64,000 bases of DNA. Source: Octopus sinensis. Taxonomy: Eukaryota. The stretch covers positions 2,480,001 through 2,544,000 of the forward strand of contig NC_043020.1 in the NCBI RefSeq assembly GCF_006345805.1. Direction: 5' to 3'. Every line of letters starts with the position of its first letter. Within the stretch, counting starts at the first letter, position 1. A program made the translations under genes and the position numbers. Below the pieces are notes generated by a model, which saw nothing but the letters and a program-made list of their open reading frames with translations, was not told the origin of the DNA and searched no databases. Below are positions 10,816 to 24,089 of the stretch, piece after piece.

Positions 10816-11882
10816 CTGCATGCAAGAATAGACACATAGACATGGAGACAAACAGACAGAGTGGTTTGATAGATAGATAGATAGATAGATAGAACAGATG
10901 TACAGAAAGAAGAGAGATTGGCTGATGGGTGGAAGGCTGGTAGACAGGCGGATGGAAAGACAGGGAAATGGGTAAATGATGGCAGATTTAAAGTACAAAT
11001 GGAAGAACACAGGAAAAGCATTGGAGGAGGAGGAGGGGGGAGGAGGAGGAGGAGGAGGAGGAGGAAGCAGAACGATGAGAAGATGCAAAATTTAATCTAT
11101 TTGAGCAATTTTATTTTAATATAAAAATCCCACCACACACACACACACATACACACACATACATACACTATCACATGCACACTATCACACTCACACACAT
11201 GCACACACACACATACACTACCACATGCACACTATCACACTCACACACATGCACACACACACACTATCACACATATCTAAAAATGAGAGAAAGGAAAGAG
11301 AGAGAAGAGAAACTGATAAAATTAACATGATAACAACAACAACAACAGCAGCGAGAACAACTGGAACCACAAGATGAATGAGATGACCTAAAAATGATGA
11401 AAAGAAACCAATTTTTAATGGTTCTATTTGACAGAAATCTTGGTTTATACAAAATCTTTGAGAACTTTTACAATTATGGCTGTTGCTACAGCTGTTGTTG
11501 TTGGTGGTGGTGGTGTTGTTGCTGTTCTGGTCATTGAAAAAATGGCTATGGTTATTGGTGTTGTTGTTGTTGTTATTTTTTTTTTAATTATGTTAATCTT
11601 GTTTACACGCAAAAACCCTCACAACTCACACACATACACATACACACACATACACACACACATACACACACACACACATACACATACACACACATACACA
11701 CAACACACACACACACACACATACACACACACATACACCACACACACATACACACACACATACACACACACACACACATGCACACACACATTCTTTGTTT
11801 AGTCTTGTACTGTCCATAATGTTTATCTTAATGTAAACCCTTGTGGTTAATAAAGAAATCACTATTATTATCATTATTATTA

Positions 11883-11925
<43 letters not shown>

Positions 11926-12843
11926 GCCAGCAAGCTGGCAGAATTGTTAGCAAACAGGGCAAAATGCTTAGCAGCATTTCGCACAGTGTGCTATATTCTG
12001 AGTTCAAATTCCGCCAAGGTCAACTTTGCCTTTCATCCTTTCGGGGTTGATAAATTAAGTACCAGTGAACCACTGGGGTCGATGTAATCAACTAGTTCCC
12101 TCCACACACATTTCAACCCTTGTGCCTTTAGTAGAAAGGATCATTATTATTATTGTTATTGCAAGCTGGCAGAATCATTAGCACGCCAGGCAAAATGCTT
12201 AGCAGCCTTTTATCTGTCTTTACATTCTGAGTTCAAATTCTGCTGAGGTTGACTTTGTTTTTCATCCTTTCAGGATCAACAAAATAAGTACCAGTTGAAT
12301 ACTGGGGTTGATGCAATTGACGTTTTCCCTCCACCAAAACCTGCTGGCCTTGTGCCAAAATTTGAAACCATTATTATCATTATTACTAAGGTGGTGAGCT
12401 GGCAGAATCGTTAGCACGCCAGGTGAAATGCTTAGCAGGATTTCGTCTGCCACTATGTTCTGTGTTCAAATTCCACCAAGGTCAACTTTACTTTGCATCC
12501 TTTCAGGGTCGATAAGTACCAGTGAAACACTGGGGTCAATGTAATTGACTAGTCTCCCTCCTGCTAAATTTTAGGTCTCATGCCTTTAGTAGAAAGGATT
12601 ATTATTATTATTATTGTTATTATTATTATTATTCAGAGGATGAGCTGGCAGAATTAGTAGCACGTCGGGTAAAATGCTTAGCGGCATTTCATCTGTCTTT
12701 CTTCTGAGTTCAAATTCTGCCAAGGTGAACTTTGCCTTTCCTCCTTTCAGGGTCAATAAAATAAGGACCAGTCAAGCTCTGTCAGTGATCTAATCCACTT
12801 ACTCCTTTCCATGATCTTGCTGGCCTTGTGCCAAAATTTGAAA
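11926..12843 (+). mobile_element. Four head-to-tail copies of a tRNA-derived SINE (family A)
   Basis: Copies at ~11926-12140, 12161-12370, 12388-12600 and 12634-12843. Each has gagctggcagaat (A box), gagttcaaattc (B box) and gactttgcctttcatcctttc, and they are separated by (TTA)n. Confidence 0.9.
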
Positions 12844-13956
12844 GTAGTAGTAGTAGTGGTGGTGGTGGTGGTGGTGGTGGTAGTAGTAGTAGTTCAAAAA
12901 TTAATGGGTGGGGGTAGTAGACTTTGCAATCAGCTGTAGGGAATGGAAAAGGGGAGGGTAGAAGACTCGTAAGTCTTGCCACAGACATACAGCCTCTCCA
13001 GTCAACGGTGGGAGGCACAGTTATTCTTGCTATATTTTTGTTGCTGCCAGTTGCAATTATTAATCTCATTATAATTACAATACTAATTGAAACGTCCTCC
13101 TCCTCATCCATGCATTGCCCTTGTGGCGAATAAAGAAGCAATTATCATTGCCAGTGTTATAGCTATTATTATTTATAATTTTAATTGTTGTTGTTGCTGC
13201 TGCTGTTGTTGTTGTTCATTGAAAGCAGTCACGTTTCACAGAGTTCTACAAGTACAAGATATCTTCTTTTTTGGGGAATATGTTCTAAAAACAAACAAAC
13301 AAACAAAATAAGTTGTGGGGCGGTGGCTGGGTGGGGGTGGATTTTTTTTACCACCAAGAGGTCTTGAAACATTCAAAAAGTGTACTCCTCCCTCCCATCC
13401 CACCTCCACCCCTGCGCTCCCTCAGTTACCTGGAGTAAAGTAAAAGAGGTTTGTTTTTAACTATTTTGAACTGATAAACTTTGTTTTGTTTTATTTTTTT
13501 TTTGTTTTTTTTTTGTTGGACAAATAACCATTTGCAATGTTTACAGATGTTGCAGAATAACTGTCTGAAAAGGTGAAAAGAAGAGCTTGCTCATAGTAGT
13601 AGTAGTAGCAGTAGTAGTAGTGTAAACATACAGCCTCACAAATTATCTTCAAACACAAAGAACCCACCTTCTCTCAGTCAAATCTCCAAGCTTAAACACT
13701 TTACAATTGCATGACTGAACACACACACACACAGACACACACACACGTACACAAAAGTGTTGGAAACATTAATCTGAATGGAGTAAAAAAACAACATCAA
13801 CAACAACAACAACAATTATTTTTCTAGTGCTGTAGAATAAAACAAGAAACTTGACTGAAACCACATAATAATAAAGAAGGAATGGGCAGAGTGAGTTACA
13901 AATGACAGTGCTTCTTTGCCTGATGAATTTACCCAAGAAATGGCAAAGAAGAAGCA

Positions 13957-14095
13957 GGCATGGCTGTGTGGCAAGCACGCTTCCCAACCACATGGCTCCG
14001 GCACTTTGGTCAAGTGTCTTCCACTATAAGCCTTGGGCTGACTAAGGCCTTGTGAGTGGATTTGGTAGACGGAAACTGAAAGAAGCCTGTCGCAT
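13957..14095 (+). mobile_element. SINE family B 5' half
   Basis: catggctgtgtggcaag...ggtagacggaaactgaaagaagcc. Confidence 0.85.
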
Positions 14096-15384
14096 TTATA
14101 TGTATACACGTCTCCCTTGTCAGTACACATACCTCTGTTTTTCAAAAATTAACTAGATTTACAAATTCAACTTTACCGTTCATCTTTCAGGATCCCAATT
14201 TAACTAATCCACCCCTTTCTTCAAAATTTGTTATCTTGTGCTTAAGTTTATAAATAGATTATCAGGGAAGTAAATTAACGAAGTTAGTAGAGTGTTGGAC
14301 AAAATATGTCCCGCAGGAGTTAGTTGTAGCTCTTTAAGATCAACTCTGACACCTAGGAAATGCAAGCGCAAGATTGCCCTGCCTGACAAACTGACAAAGC
14401 TTCACCAAGAAAGGCGCCACTTCCTAAAAACAGAACAGGATTACAGGGGCCCAAAGAAAATGCAGCCTGTGCAAATACAAAGCCAGCACTTTGCCTTCAT
14501 TCCCATCTGACCACCAGAGCCCTACAGAAGAGCCCTCAGAGCACACTTCAGACTGGCTGGTCACAGCTGGACTCACTGTGCCCTGTCTTCTTCTCCCATG
14601 TGATGTCCTTGGTCATCACATGCACAATCTAATAATAACAATGTTGTAAGTTCAAATCCTGTCTTGGTCAACTTCACTCTTTTTTTCCCCCACCTGGGAG
14701 TCAACGAAATACAGAATCACTAAAGTACTTGAATCAATTCTAACAAATTCCCCTCTTCCCCCAGATACCTGACACAATAACTTATCCAAATTTTCAGACA
14801 TCACTTAAATCATTTCTACAACCTCGAGACCAGTCTGAGTTTTCTCAAGCTTTTGTTTCTATTTTCTATGACAGCACTGTCACAATATATCAATTGAAGA
14901 TTTCTCACTGTCTCGAAAGTAAAACTTACAAATGAATTACAGCTTATTAACTCTTCCGCTGTCTGTTGTGTAAATAACACCCTTAATAACAGTTTATGAA
15001 GTTGAAATCACACAATTATAATGGGAGGACACAAAAGAAAAAAACAACTTCGTGCTCATCCTAATTAACACTGAAAACACAACAGTTAATTTCAGAGTTT
15101 AATGCTAAAGAAAGTGGGAGGTCTCTTTCAAATATTAAAGAAAAAAAATTATTATTAATATAATCATTTAAAGAGATTTGTTGTGCGAAGCCGGAAGAAT
15201 ACAAAACAATACAAAGTAAACTACAAAACAAAAAAAAACAAAGTAGTAGTTTTACCATGAATTTCTATATTTGTGGTTTTGACCCCTTCATCTGTACATT
15301 TGGAAAAGTTGATGTTCAGATGTGCAGGGAAGGAGATAGGAAGCTGACATGAGCAACCTTCCTTCTTCCTCCAACACAATTGAA

Positions 15385-15416
<32 letters not shown>

Positions 15417-15607
15417 GGAGAGTTTACAAAAAAAACAAAAGACGAAGACAGGTGGTGTATAAAACAAACAGATGTATTAGTATAACACTCAGGAATTAGA
15501 AAAAGTCTTTTATGTTTTGAGCCTACGCTCTGCTACAGAAAGGTACACAGAAAAAAACAAGGAGAGAAAAAAATGTGTGTAGTGGCTAACGATCTATCAT
15601 GGCGAAT
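15417..15607 (-). mobile_element. Dispersed copy of the same hammerhead-like short element
   Basis: gggagagtttac...aaaagacgaagacaggtggtgt...gagcctacgctctgctacagaaagg...gtagtggctaacgatctatc. It matches 94-280 in reverse complement. A further partial copy lies at ~56645-56720. Confidence 0.8.
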
Positions 15608-16309
15608 GATATATATATATATACACACAAGCTTCCACACAAACTCCATCAACAAAATTCGCTCACAGGACATTCAATGACCCCAGACTTTCGTAGAAGA
15701 AACTTGCTCAATGTACTTCACAGTGGAATCGAACTGGAAATCTTTTGGTTGCAAAGTGAGCTTTCTTAACCACACAGCCATACTTGCACCTGCGTGTGTG
15801 TGTGTATATATTTTGAAGTAGAAAACATAAATTTGTTCAGTATGACTACTACTGGAAGTATATATAATGTCATCTGGTTAGTTATTTGTAGAATAAGCAA
15901 GGTTTACATTTCAAACCAGGAATGACTGCATACGACAGCAGACTAATAAAACAAAATAACCGTTAACGGTGCAACCACTGTTATACATAAAAGACTGTCT
16001 ATATGTGTGTATGTGTGTGTGAAAGATTGTATGTACATGTGTTTATGAGAGGGGGGGATTTTTGTTGCTTTTTTATCCTTACGCAGTTTATCTTTTTTTT
16101 TCTGGATACAGCTTTCCCTGACAGGGTCAAATATTTGATATCTTTTTCAAGAAATTTTCAAAATTTGTTTTCCAAAGCATGCACTAAATTTACTGATGGA
16201 GAATATGACGATATTGGTTGGTGATGATGGTGGTAGTGATAACTCTTCTTCTTCATTTTGTTATTATTATCATTATTATTATTATTATTGTTGTTATTAT
16301 TATTATTAA

Positions 16310-16495
16310 AACACCAGTCAAAATGCTTTGTGGCATTCTGTCCACCTTTATGTTCCGAGTTCAAATACCACCAAGGTCGACTTTGCCTGTCATTCAGGGT
16401 TGATAAAATAAGTACCAGTTGAGCACAGGAGTCAATGAAATCAACTGAAACCCTTCCCCTAAACTTGCTGGCATTGTGCCAAAATTTGAAACCAT
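16310..16495 (+). mobile_element. SINE family A, 5'-truncated
   Basis: aaaatgctt...gagttcaaatacc...gtcgactttgcc...gtgccaaaatttgaaacc. Confidence 0.8.
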
Positions 16496-17315
16496 TTTTA
16501 TTGAGTGAGAGAGCAGTGCACGCCATCAAAATGACACTGGGGTACAAATATATGAAGACTAATCCACCCGGAATGACTACCTGTCTTATAAGGGTACACC
16601 AGGTGCCCATGCATCACAACCATATGTGCGTGACATGGTGATCTCATTTCAAGATAAACAGCAAATGACCTTACAGGTGGGGCCCAGTTAGAATTTTCTT
16701 TATGTCCAAGTAACCAGTGATGTTGCAACTCATTTCTACAGCTGAGTGAACTGGAGAAACATGAAATGAAGTGTGCTGATAATTTTTTAAACCTTTGTAT
16801 GCTAGGCATATGTCCCTTCTTTTTCACTGCATACTGTGAATACTTGCTTTCTTTCATTTTTTAAAAAAATTATTTCATTATGTGTAAACCCCAACACTTT
16901 GTATCTGTCTTTGTATTGCCCCCCCCCCCAGTCATCTTTTGCCCTTGAGGCAAATAAATGAAATCATTGTTATTATTAGGGTGGTGATCAGGCAGAATCG
17001 ATAAAACAAAGTGTGAAGGGGATAGTAGTCATTTCCTTTGATTTCTAGAAAGATGCAAATAGGAAATAACATTTACTGACCAAAGACAAATAAAAAATTA
17101 AAATTTTGTTACGCAGTGTAATGAATCATATCAAAGAATTAGCTATCAAGTCATTATCATCATGGACTGTTAAAGAAATGGACCGAGACAGTTATTTAAC
17201 CGTTCTCTACATTTTTTTACCATATTGACCACTAACTACAGAGACTAACTAATTGGACATATATTATATACATTTTTTTTTTTCAAAAATGTATCAAAAA
17301 TTTCCATGTGTTTAA

Positions 17316-17537
17316 CCCTTTCGATACCAACCTGGTTGAAACCGGTTCTGGCTCTGTAGTACAAGTGTCTTGTTTTCATAAGTTTTTAATTAAAATCTTC
17401 CACCAAACCTTAGTCAGAATTTATGTTCCTAACAGTAGCTTAATGATAACTAAGTTATTTTACTAAATTCTTTGTTATACTTGAAATTAATTGAAAGGAA
17501 CACAGAGCATCTCAAAATAAATACGGTAACGAAAGGG
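17316..17537. mobile_element. piggyBac-type MITE (family 1)
   Basis: TTAA|CCCTTTCG...CGAAAGGG|TTAA, 222 bp. Further copies lie at 30450-30656 and ~410-577. Confidence 0.88.
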
Positions 17538-17710
17538 TTAACAAGGCTGTATCACAGATGGGAGACTGAGTCATAGGCATGGGAACCAGATGGGAATCAG
17601 TAATTGTCACTAATTATAAATTAATTGCTGGCAGGGACACAGCATTTCATTTTGCAACCAAATATATATTAAAGGTTTATAAGTCAACAATGAACCCTAT
17701 CTTTTGTGAT

Positions 17711-17739
17711 CCGACCGTTTCTAAGTTTATCTCTACAGG
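17711..17739 (-). ncRNA. Decayed minimal hammerhead-like motif
   Basis: Minus: CC-TGTAGAG-ATAAACTTA-GAAAC-G-GTC-GG. The core is altered and stem II is weak. Confidence 0.35.
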
Positions 17740-18037
17740 TTTCAATAGAATTTAGAGCCAGTACTGAAAGTTACATTTCATATAGAAATAAATTCTATAT
17801 AAACAATACAACCATCATTTTATCATATCTAAACTAAATTACACCAGTGCTGAGTTTCAGTTTTATTCTCTTGTGGTTGCAAAACAAAATACAATGACCC
17901 TACGAACAACTGATCTGTACATACCAGTTACCAGAAATGTGTTTGATATGTAAACTGGTCCATCCAATAGTGTTACACCAATAAACTTATTGGGTATTTA
18001 AACAATGAGTTCATGGACGCTTAATGGGTTGGATGTG

Positions 18038-18076
18038 ATGCTGATGAGAGAGCAATAACTCCCGAAACATGCATAT
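18038..18076 (+). ncRNA. Decayed hammerhead motif
   Basis: ATG-CTGATGA-GAGAG-caataa-CTCCC-GAAAC-AT-GC-A-TAT. The conserved U of the cleavage triplet has changed to C, and stem II has one mismatch. Confidence 0.5.
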
Positions 18077-18369
18077 ACACCCATCATCTATTCTTCTATC
18101 TTCGATCACATTGTTTACATAGACATGTTCATATATGAAACTTGACTTTCAATGCTGGTTCTAAATTCTATAGAAAAACTGAAGAGATTAAACTTAAAAC
18201 TAATTATGAAATATTGGAAACAAGCCAAAACATCACAGTCTCTTAGCATAAACTTACAAAAAATTGATTATGGTACATCAATATTTGAGTGGAGAGATTA
18301 CATCTTTTCATTATAACTTCTTTTGTAGTATACATAGTTTACAACTGGTATGTGGCTTACGTTATTTAA

Positions 18370-18590
18370 CCCTTTAGTGTTCGCATTATTCTGCCAAAAT
18401 TAATCCTTTTTTATTCACATTGTTTTGAATTAATCATGCATTATCTAGTAGCTATGAGATTTTGATGAGGTAGCTGTTAATTTTTAAACCGATATTGTAG
18501 GGTTGGTGTGAGAGACCAGATATGGCTAGTTTGAACATAAAACAGGTAGAAAATTCTTGGCCGGATATGGCCGATTTAAATGCTAAAGGG
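18370..18590. mobile_element. piggyBac-type MITE (family 2)
   Basis: TTAA|CCCTTTAG...CTAAAGGG|TTAA, 221 bp. Homologous to 23884-24089. Confidence 0.85.
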
Positions 18591-19062
18591 TTAATGACTG
18601 TGTTACCTTTAAGAAACATTTGTTAATTATCTAAATGAAAATTCTTCAAGGAAGAAGAAAGGAATGTTAAACTTTCATCTGCTCATCAGCTATTTACAAT
18701 GAGTAGATGACAACAAAACCATAGCGATGGCGCACCACCGTGGTGGCCGATTGTAGTAACACAAACCATCATAGCAAAAAATGCAAGTTTCACATCTTGT
18801 ACTGCAATTTCCTTGACCAAAATATGAACAACTCTACGATGAATTTGAAAGGAGAAAGAATTGAAATTCAGTACTTAAATAACATAGTTTAAATCACATT
18901 GTATTTACAAGCACAGAATCTTACACTTTCCTCTGCAAAACCATTTTTAAATATCTTTCAATAAGCATATGAAAAATCATACTAAATTTATAAGAGCACC
19001 TCACTACTGATATGTCTTCCTTCCACTAACACTTAAACAAATATAGCAACACATCCAAAGAG

Positions 19063-19164
19063 ATAGATGCCTCAGAGAAGAACAAAGGAAATATTCGTAT
19101 CAAGGAAGCTATATTGATTCATTGCCTCAACCCAAAAATTAACAGACAACTGGAGATGGGCTGA
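19063..19164 (+). mobile_element. Penelope-like GIY-YIG C-terminal remnant
   Basis: IDASEKNKGNIRIKEAILIHCLNPKINRQLEMG*, which fits the IKEAIxI...PxxNRQ end of PLE endonucleases. Confidence 0.6.
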
Positions 19165-20144
19165 CGACTGTGACCAACATCATAAGATATGCCACAAAAC
19201 ACCATCTTCCACCACCACCACTATGTGAAAATATGTCACAAGGACCAACAGTTGGAGAGTTACTTGCTCCAGCCATCAGAGAGTTGCTGCTGCTGCTGCT
19301 AACACAAGCACCAAGCAGTTTCAATAAAATAACAAAATCAATGTAACTATATATTCCTCGGACTGCACAAAGTTTTGTCAATGAACAGGTCGCGGTCTCA
19401 AAGTAATGAAAATATTTCAACAAATTAAATTTAAATGTTGAAGTGAATCTAACAGTTTTTGTGTGTTTCTTAAATGGCTTTTAAACACCTTCCACACTGC
19501 AATTGTTTTCATTCCAGCACACGATCTCAGATCAAGTCACTTGCTATGCAAGTACATCGCAATATAAAGTTTGTTTTTTTGTATAAAACTTTTTGCATTG
19601 CTAAAAGTTTTCTTTATTCACCTTTTCTTTTAATACTAAATTTGTTTTATCTACAAAATATACCTGCAAAACAGAAGTACATCTTATGCAAGAGAGCATC
19701 TTAGGTGCCAGCCAATACAATAGCTGTCTTCTACACTTTAATCCCGTTCACATACATTACTAACAAAACTGATTGAGGAGATGGACATACAGCTGTCCTC
19801 TGGCTTTTACCACGTTGTTGGAACTATTCTTCTTCCAGTCAGATTGTTCCAGCATGGCAATGGGGTAATAAATTTTGCAGGAAAAGTCTTCTGACCACTT
19901 TCATATAACATTTGAGGAAACTGTGGTTATGCGAGAACGTTATAAATACCCAGTCATTTCAATGGATACCCAGACAACTGCAGATGGCTGTGAGATAAAT
20001 GTGGATCTAAATATAAATCTAGGGAAGTAGAGACTTAAATTACATAACACACACACACACACACATTTACTGAGGTTAATAAACTTCAATGCAAGCATTA
20101 AGTAATTGAGTGCACCTGCATCTTCACACCTTCATACATTAAAC

Positions 20145-20196
<52 letters not shown>

Positions 20197-20410
20197 TATA
20201 CATATATATATATTATATATATATATATATATTATATATATAAATATATATAAATATGATACATATATGCATGTCTGCAGGCATGTGTGTCTACATGTAT
20301 GTGTGAGTGTGGATATATATAAATATACATACACACACAAACAAGAACAAACACAAACAGTTATCGGCATATACAAAATAAGTGATTTTATAACAGAAAA
20401 TGTGTGTGTG

Positions 20411-20470
<60 letters not shown>

Positions 20471-20494
20471 AATATAAGTGTGTGTGTGTGTGTG

Positions 20495-20572
<78 letters not shown>

Positions 20573-20648
20573 TATACACACATATACACACATATACACA
20601 CATATATTATACATAGATATGTGTGTGTGTATATGTACATATGTTGTG

Positions 20649-20679
<31 letters not shown>

Positions 20680-20686
20680 TGTGTGT

Positions 20687-20731
<45 letters not shown>

Positions 20732-21349
20732 TTCTATCTTGTATTTTTCCCATTTCAGTCACAAGACTGCAACCAGGCTGAGATGGCACCTCGAAAGGGT
20801 TTAGTCAAACACTTATTTTTAAGTCTGGTACACACACACACACACACACACATAATTGTTTAAGCAAATAGACATTCGCCCCAAATCACACACCCCCCAC
20901 CTCTTCTCTTAGAGAGGAGGGGGAAATCATCAGTTTTGGGTCGTTAGTTAATTAGCTTCCTGCAGAGAACCGTTTTGAAGAATTTTACCTGCAATATTAG
21001 TTTGCCTTGTAGTGATATCATATAATTGTCTCCCAGCTATTTTTATAACTATTCAGGGGGGAAAGAAGCTGTGAAATATGGGGGAACCAGTTCAATATCA
21101 CTTTGAAGTAGCACCCAGAGATTTTAGGTCCCTAAGTAGGAGACAGGTCACAGATGGAGGGGCACCAGTGAGTAGGGAATAAGGGAAGACGTTAGTTTTG
21201 TCTTGTTGCTAGTTATGTTTGTGTGTGTGTGTGTGTGTTTGTGGATGTGCATATGTGCCAGCATGTATGTGTGCATGTGGAAGGGGTCCATGTGTGTATG
21301 CACATATATATATGCGTATATATACATATGCAGGCACATTAAATAGAAG

Positions 21350-21522
21350 GTGCAGGTGAGACTGTGTAGTAAGAAGCTTACTTCCCAACCACATGGTTCT
21401 GGGTTCAGTCCCACTGCGTGGCACCTTGGGCAAGTGTCTTCTACTATAGCCTCGGGCCGACCAAAGCATTACGAGTGGATTTGGTAAACAGAAACTGAAA
21501 GAAGTCCATCATGTGTGTATAT

Positions 21523-21556
<34 letters not shown>

Positions 21557-21800
21557 TTGTTTAAACAAAGACATTCACCCCAAATCACCCCCACCTCTTC
21601 TCTCCTGTGTTTGTTCACCCTTGACAACCAGTGCTGGTGTGTTTACATCCCCATAACTTACCAGTTTGGCAAAAGAAACTGATAGAATAAATGCCAGATT
21701 GTAAAATAAATAAGTCCTGGGGTCAATTTGTTCAACTAAAAGCCCATCAAAATGGTGCCCCAGCATGGCCACAGACAAATAACTGACACAAGTAGAAGAT
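21350..21800 (+). mobile_element. SINE family B, near full length
   Basis: Head, central microsatellite and a 3' tail gtgccccagcatggcc...actgacacaagtag. Confidence 0.88.
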
Positions 21801-21834
21801 AAAAGTGGTTTTGAAAAGTTAGGATATACAGACA

Positions 21835-22200
21835 ACTAGTTTTACATGCGGATCTAGTCGTGTGTATATTTGAAATCTAAAGGCTCCCTACTGATGAAAA
21901 CTAGCCTCAATAAAAATTTTTTTTACTGGAATTATTTAGAAACCATGGTCTAGGAACTAAATTGGATGGTAAACGTTTTTAATTTTCATTCCTTTCGAGA
22001 ATTTATCCCTAATTAGTGGTTTGAGTTTTCTACTGCTCTTTCTAGCACAAGGCTTTCCTATTTGGAAGCCTCTTGATGTGTTTTAATGTACACGATTTTT
22101 TTATGTGAATAATATATAGTCTACTGACTAATTTGTTTGTGCTTGGATACTGGTAATAATAATTTCTATAATTCTTATTACCCTAATATTATTTATTATA
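21835..22200 (+). mobile_element. Penelope pLTR-like unit carrying the HHR at 21887
   Basis: HHR near the 5' end and an AT-rich end (ttattaccctaatattatttattata) running into (TA)n. This architecture is shared with the other HHR units. Confidence 0.5.
21887..21954 (+). ncRNA. Type I hammerhead ribozyme motif
   Basis: CCTA-CTGATGA-(imperfect stem II)-GAAAC-CATG-GTC-TAGG. Stem I is 4 bp, stem III is the palindrome ACCATGGT, and the site is GUC. Stem II is partly decayed. Confidence 0.78.
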
Positions 22201-22237
22201 TACATACATATCTATATATATATATATATATAGATAT

Positions 22238-22470
22238 ATCATCATCATCATCGTTTAACATCCGCTTTCCATGCTGGCATGGTTTGACTGAGGACTGGTG
22301 AGCCAATGGCTGCACCATGCTCCAATCTGATCTGGCAGAGTTTCTACAGCTAGATGCTCTTCCTAATGCCAACCACTCTGAGAGTGTAGTGCGTGCTTTT
22401 ACGTGTCACCGGTATGAGTGCCAGTCAGGTGGTTCTGGCAATGACCATGCTCAAAAGGTGTTTTTACAGG
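22238..22470 (-). mobile_element. RTE-family 3'UTR fragment
   Basis: Same family motifs and a (CAT)n tail on the plus strand. Confidence 0.8.
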
Positions 22471-22531
22471 CTATACATATATATATACATGTATATGTAT
22501 TCATATATATATATATATACATGTATATGTA

Positions 22532-22613
<82 letters not shown>

Positions 22614-22785
22614 GTATTCATATATATAATATATATATATACATACATATATACATATGTGTATGGTGTGTGTATATATATATATATAAATGGAATTAAA
22701 CGCAGGTGTTATTCAAATTCTTTTACTTCCAACATGTTCCGAAGATATCACATCTATTTATATATGTGTGTGTGTGGAGAGAGAA

Positions 22786-22835
<50 letters not shown>

Positions 22836-23106
22836 GAGAGAGAGAGAGAGGGAGGGAGGGAGTTTTGGTGATGAAAGCAGAAAAACATAGTTCAACACAT
22901 GAATATGTTTTTTTATTAAAAATCAAAGAAGTAACTCAAAGTCCCAAGGGTTGAACCTCCGTTTGTTTGTCTCGCTGTCTGTCTACATGTCTGTCTGTCT
23001 ATCGATCTAAACTGACCAACAGACAGACAGAAAGACAGCCACACAGACAAACAGAATACGTGAGCCTCACACACACACATGCACAAATCCATACGTACAG
23101 ACTGTT

Positions 23107-23148
<42 letters not shown>

Positions 23149-23401
23149 TGATGCACAGACACACAGAGGCACACACACACACTTCTAATCAAATGCATTT
23201 AGCAAGTGAAAAAGAAAGATAATAAGGATTTACATAAAGATGAAATACATCAGATTCATCTGTAAAATAACTAATTTCTTCACTCGTTCCTTAGTTACAA
23301 ATGAAATTTCACTTTGCATATTCTTTGCTTTCACTCTCAACCTGAGGCTTTATCTCTCCCTCTCTTTCTCTCTCTCTCTCTCTCTCTCGCTTTATTACAT
23401 A

Positions 23402-23705
23402 CTAGCAGTATAGCCCAGCGTTGTTCGAGCTTGTTTTCTTTTCGACCCTTTAGAATTGGAATTTTTGAAAAGTAAAAATTTTGCCTTATGTATCTTGTTA
23501 TTCTCTTTAAGTGAATACTTTTCTGGTTGAAATACACCAAAAACTGGCGACACAGCAGTAAAAAAATCGTTAAAAACAAGGATTTTCCTAGTAAAAAAGC
23601 ACCTTTTTCATGTTAATAATTTTTGGTGTTAACATGGTCCGATTTGAATTTTTTCTTCTATGGAAGGAAGAGCAAGCCTTCTTCTATCATACTCTCAATT
23701 TTGGT
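23402..23705 (-). mobile_element. Non-autonomous Helitron-like element (3' terminus)
   Basis: Minus strand ends GCTCGAACAACGCTGGGC-TATACTG-CTAG|T: an imperfect subterminal GC hairpin, a CTAG-3' terminus and a following T. Confidence 0.55.
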
Positions 23706-23883
23706 CAACCACTCACAAGGCTTTGGTTAACCCAAGGCTATAGTAGACACTTGCCCAAGGTATCCAAAGAGTACAAGGGAAGGGTTAGGAAGGCACTTGA
23801 AACAAGCAACACAAAGGAATGTCATCAAGGAATTAATACATCATGACCCATACTGGTTTTGAGATACTCAGCCCCTTTATTAA

Positions 23884-24089
23884 CCCTTCAGCGTTCAGAT
23901 TACTCTGTCAAATGTAATTCTTTCTTTATTCACATTGCTTTGAATTGTTCATGCATTATTTTGGAGAATCAAGACTTTGATGATGTCATTGTTTATTTTG
24001 AAAATGACATTGTAGGATAGGTGTAAGAGGCCAGATATGGTTGGTTTGAACATAAAACAGGCCAAATGACCGGTTTAAATGCCAGAGGA
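23884..24089. mobile_element. piggyBac-type MITE (family 2), decayed
   Basis: TTAA|CCCTTCAGCG...GCCAGAGGA|TTAA. The body matches 18370-18590. Confidence 0.75.

Noticed and set aside
16980-17200. Possible CR1 RT remnant (GIVVISFDF*K...)
   Set aside because: Too decayed to call from sight.
19139-19423. 94-aa minus-strand ORF
   Set aside because: No recognisable family. It overlaps a PLE remnant on the plus strand and short repeats.
19880-20030. Candidate terminal exon ttttgcag|GAAAAGTCT...EKSSDHFHITFEETVVMRERYKYP
   Set aside because: There is an acceptor-like site, but the peptide is unrecognisable and no companion exons were found.
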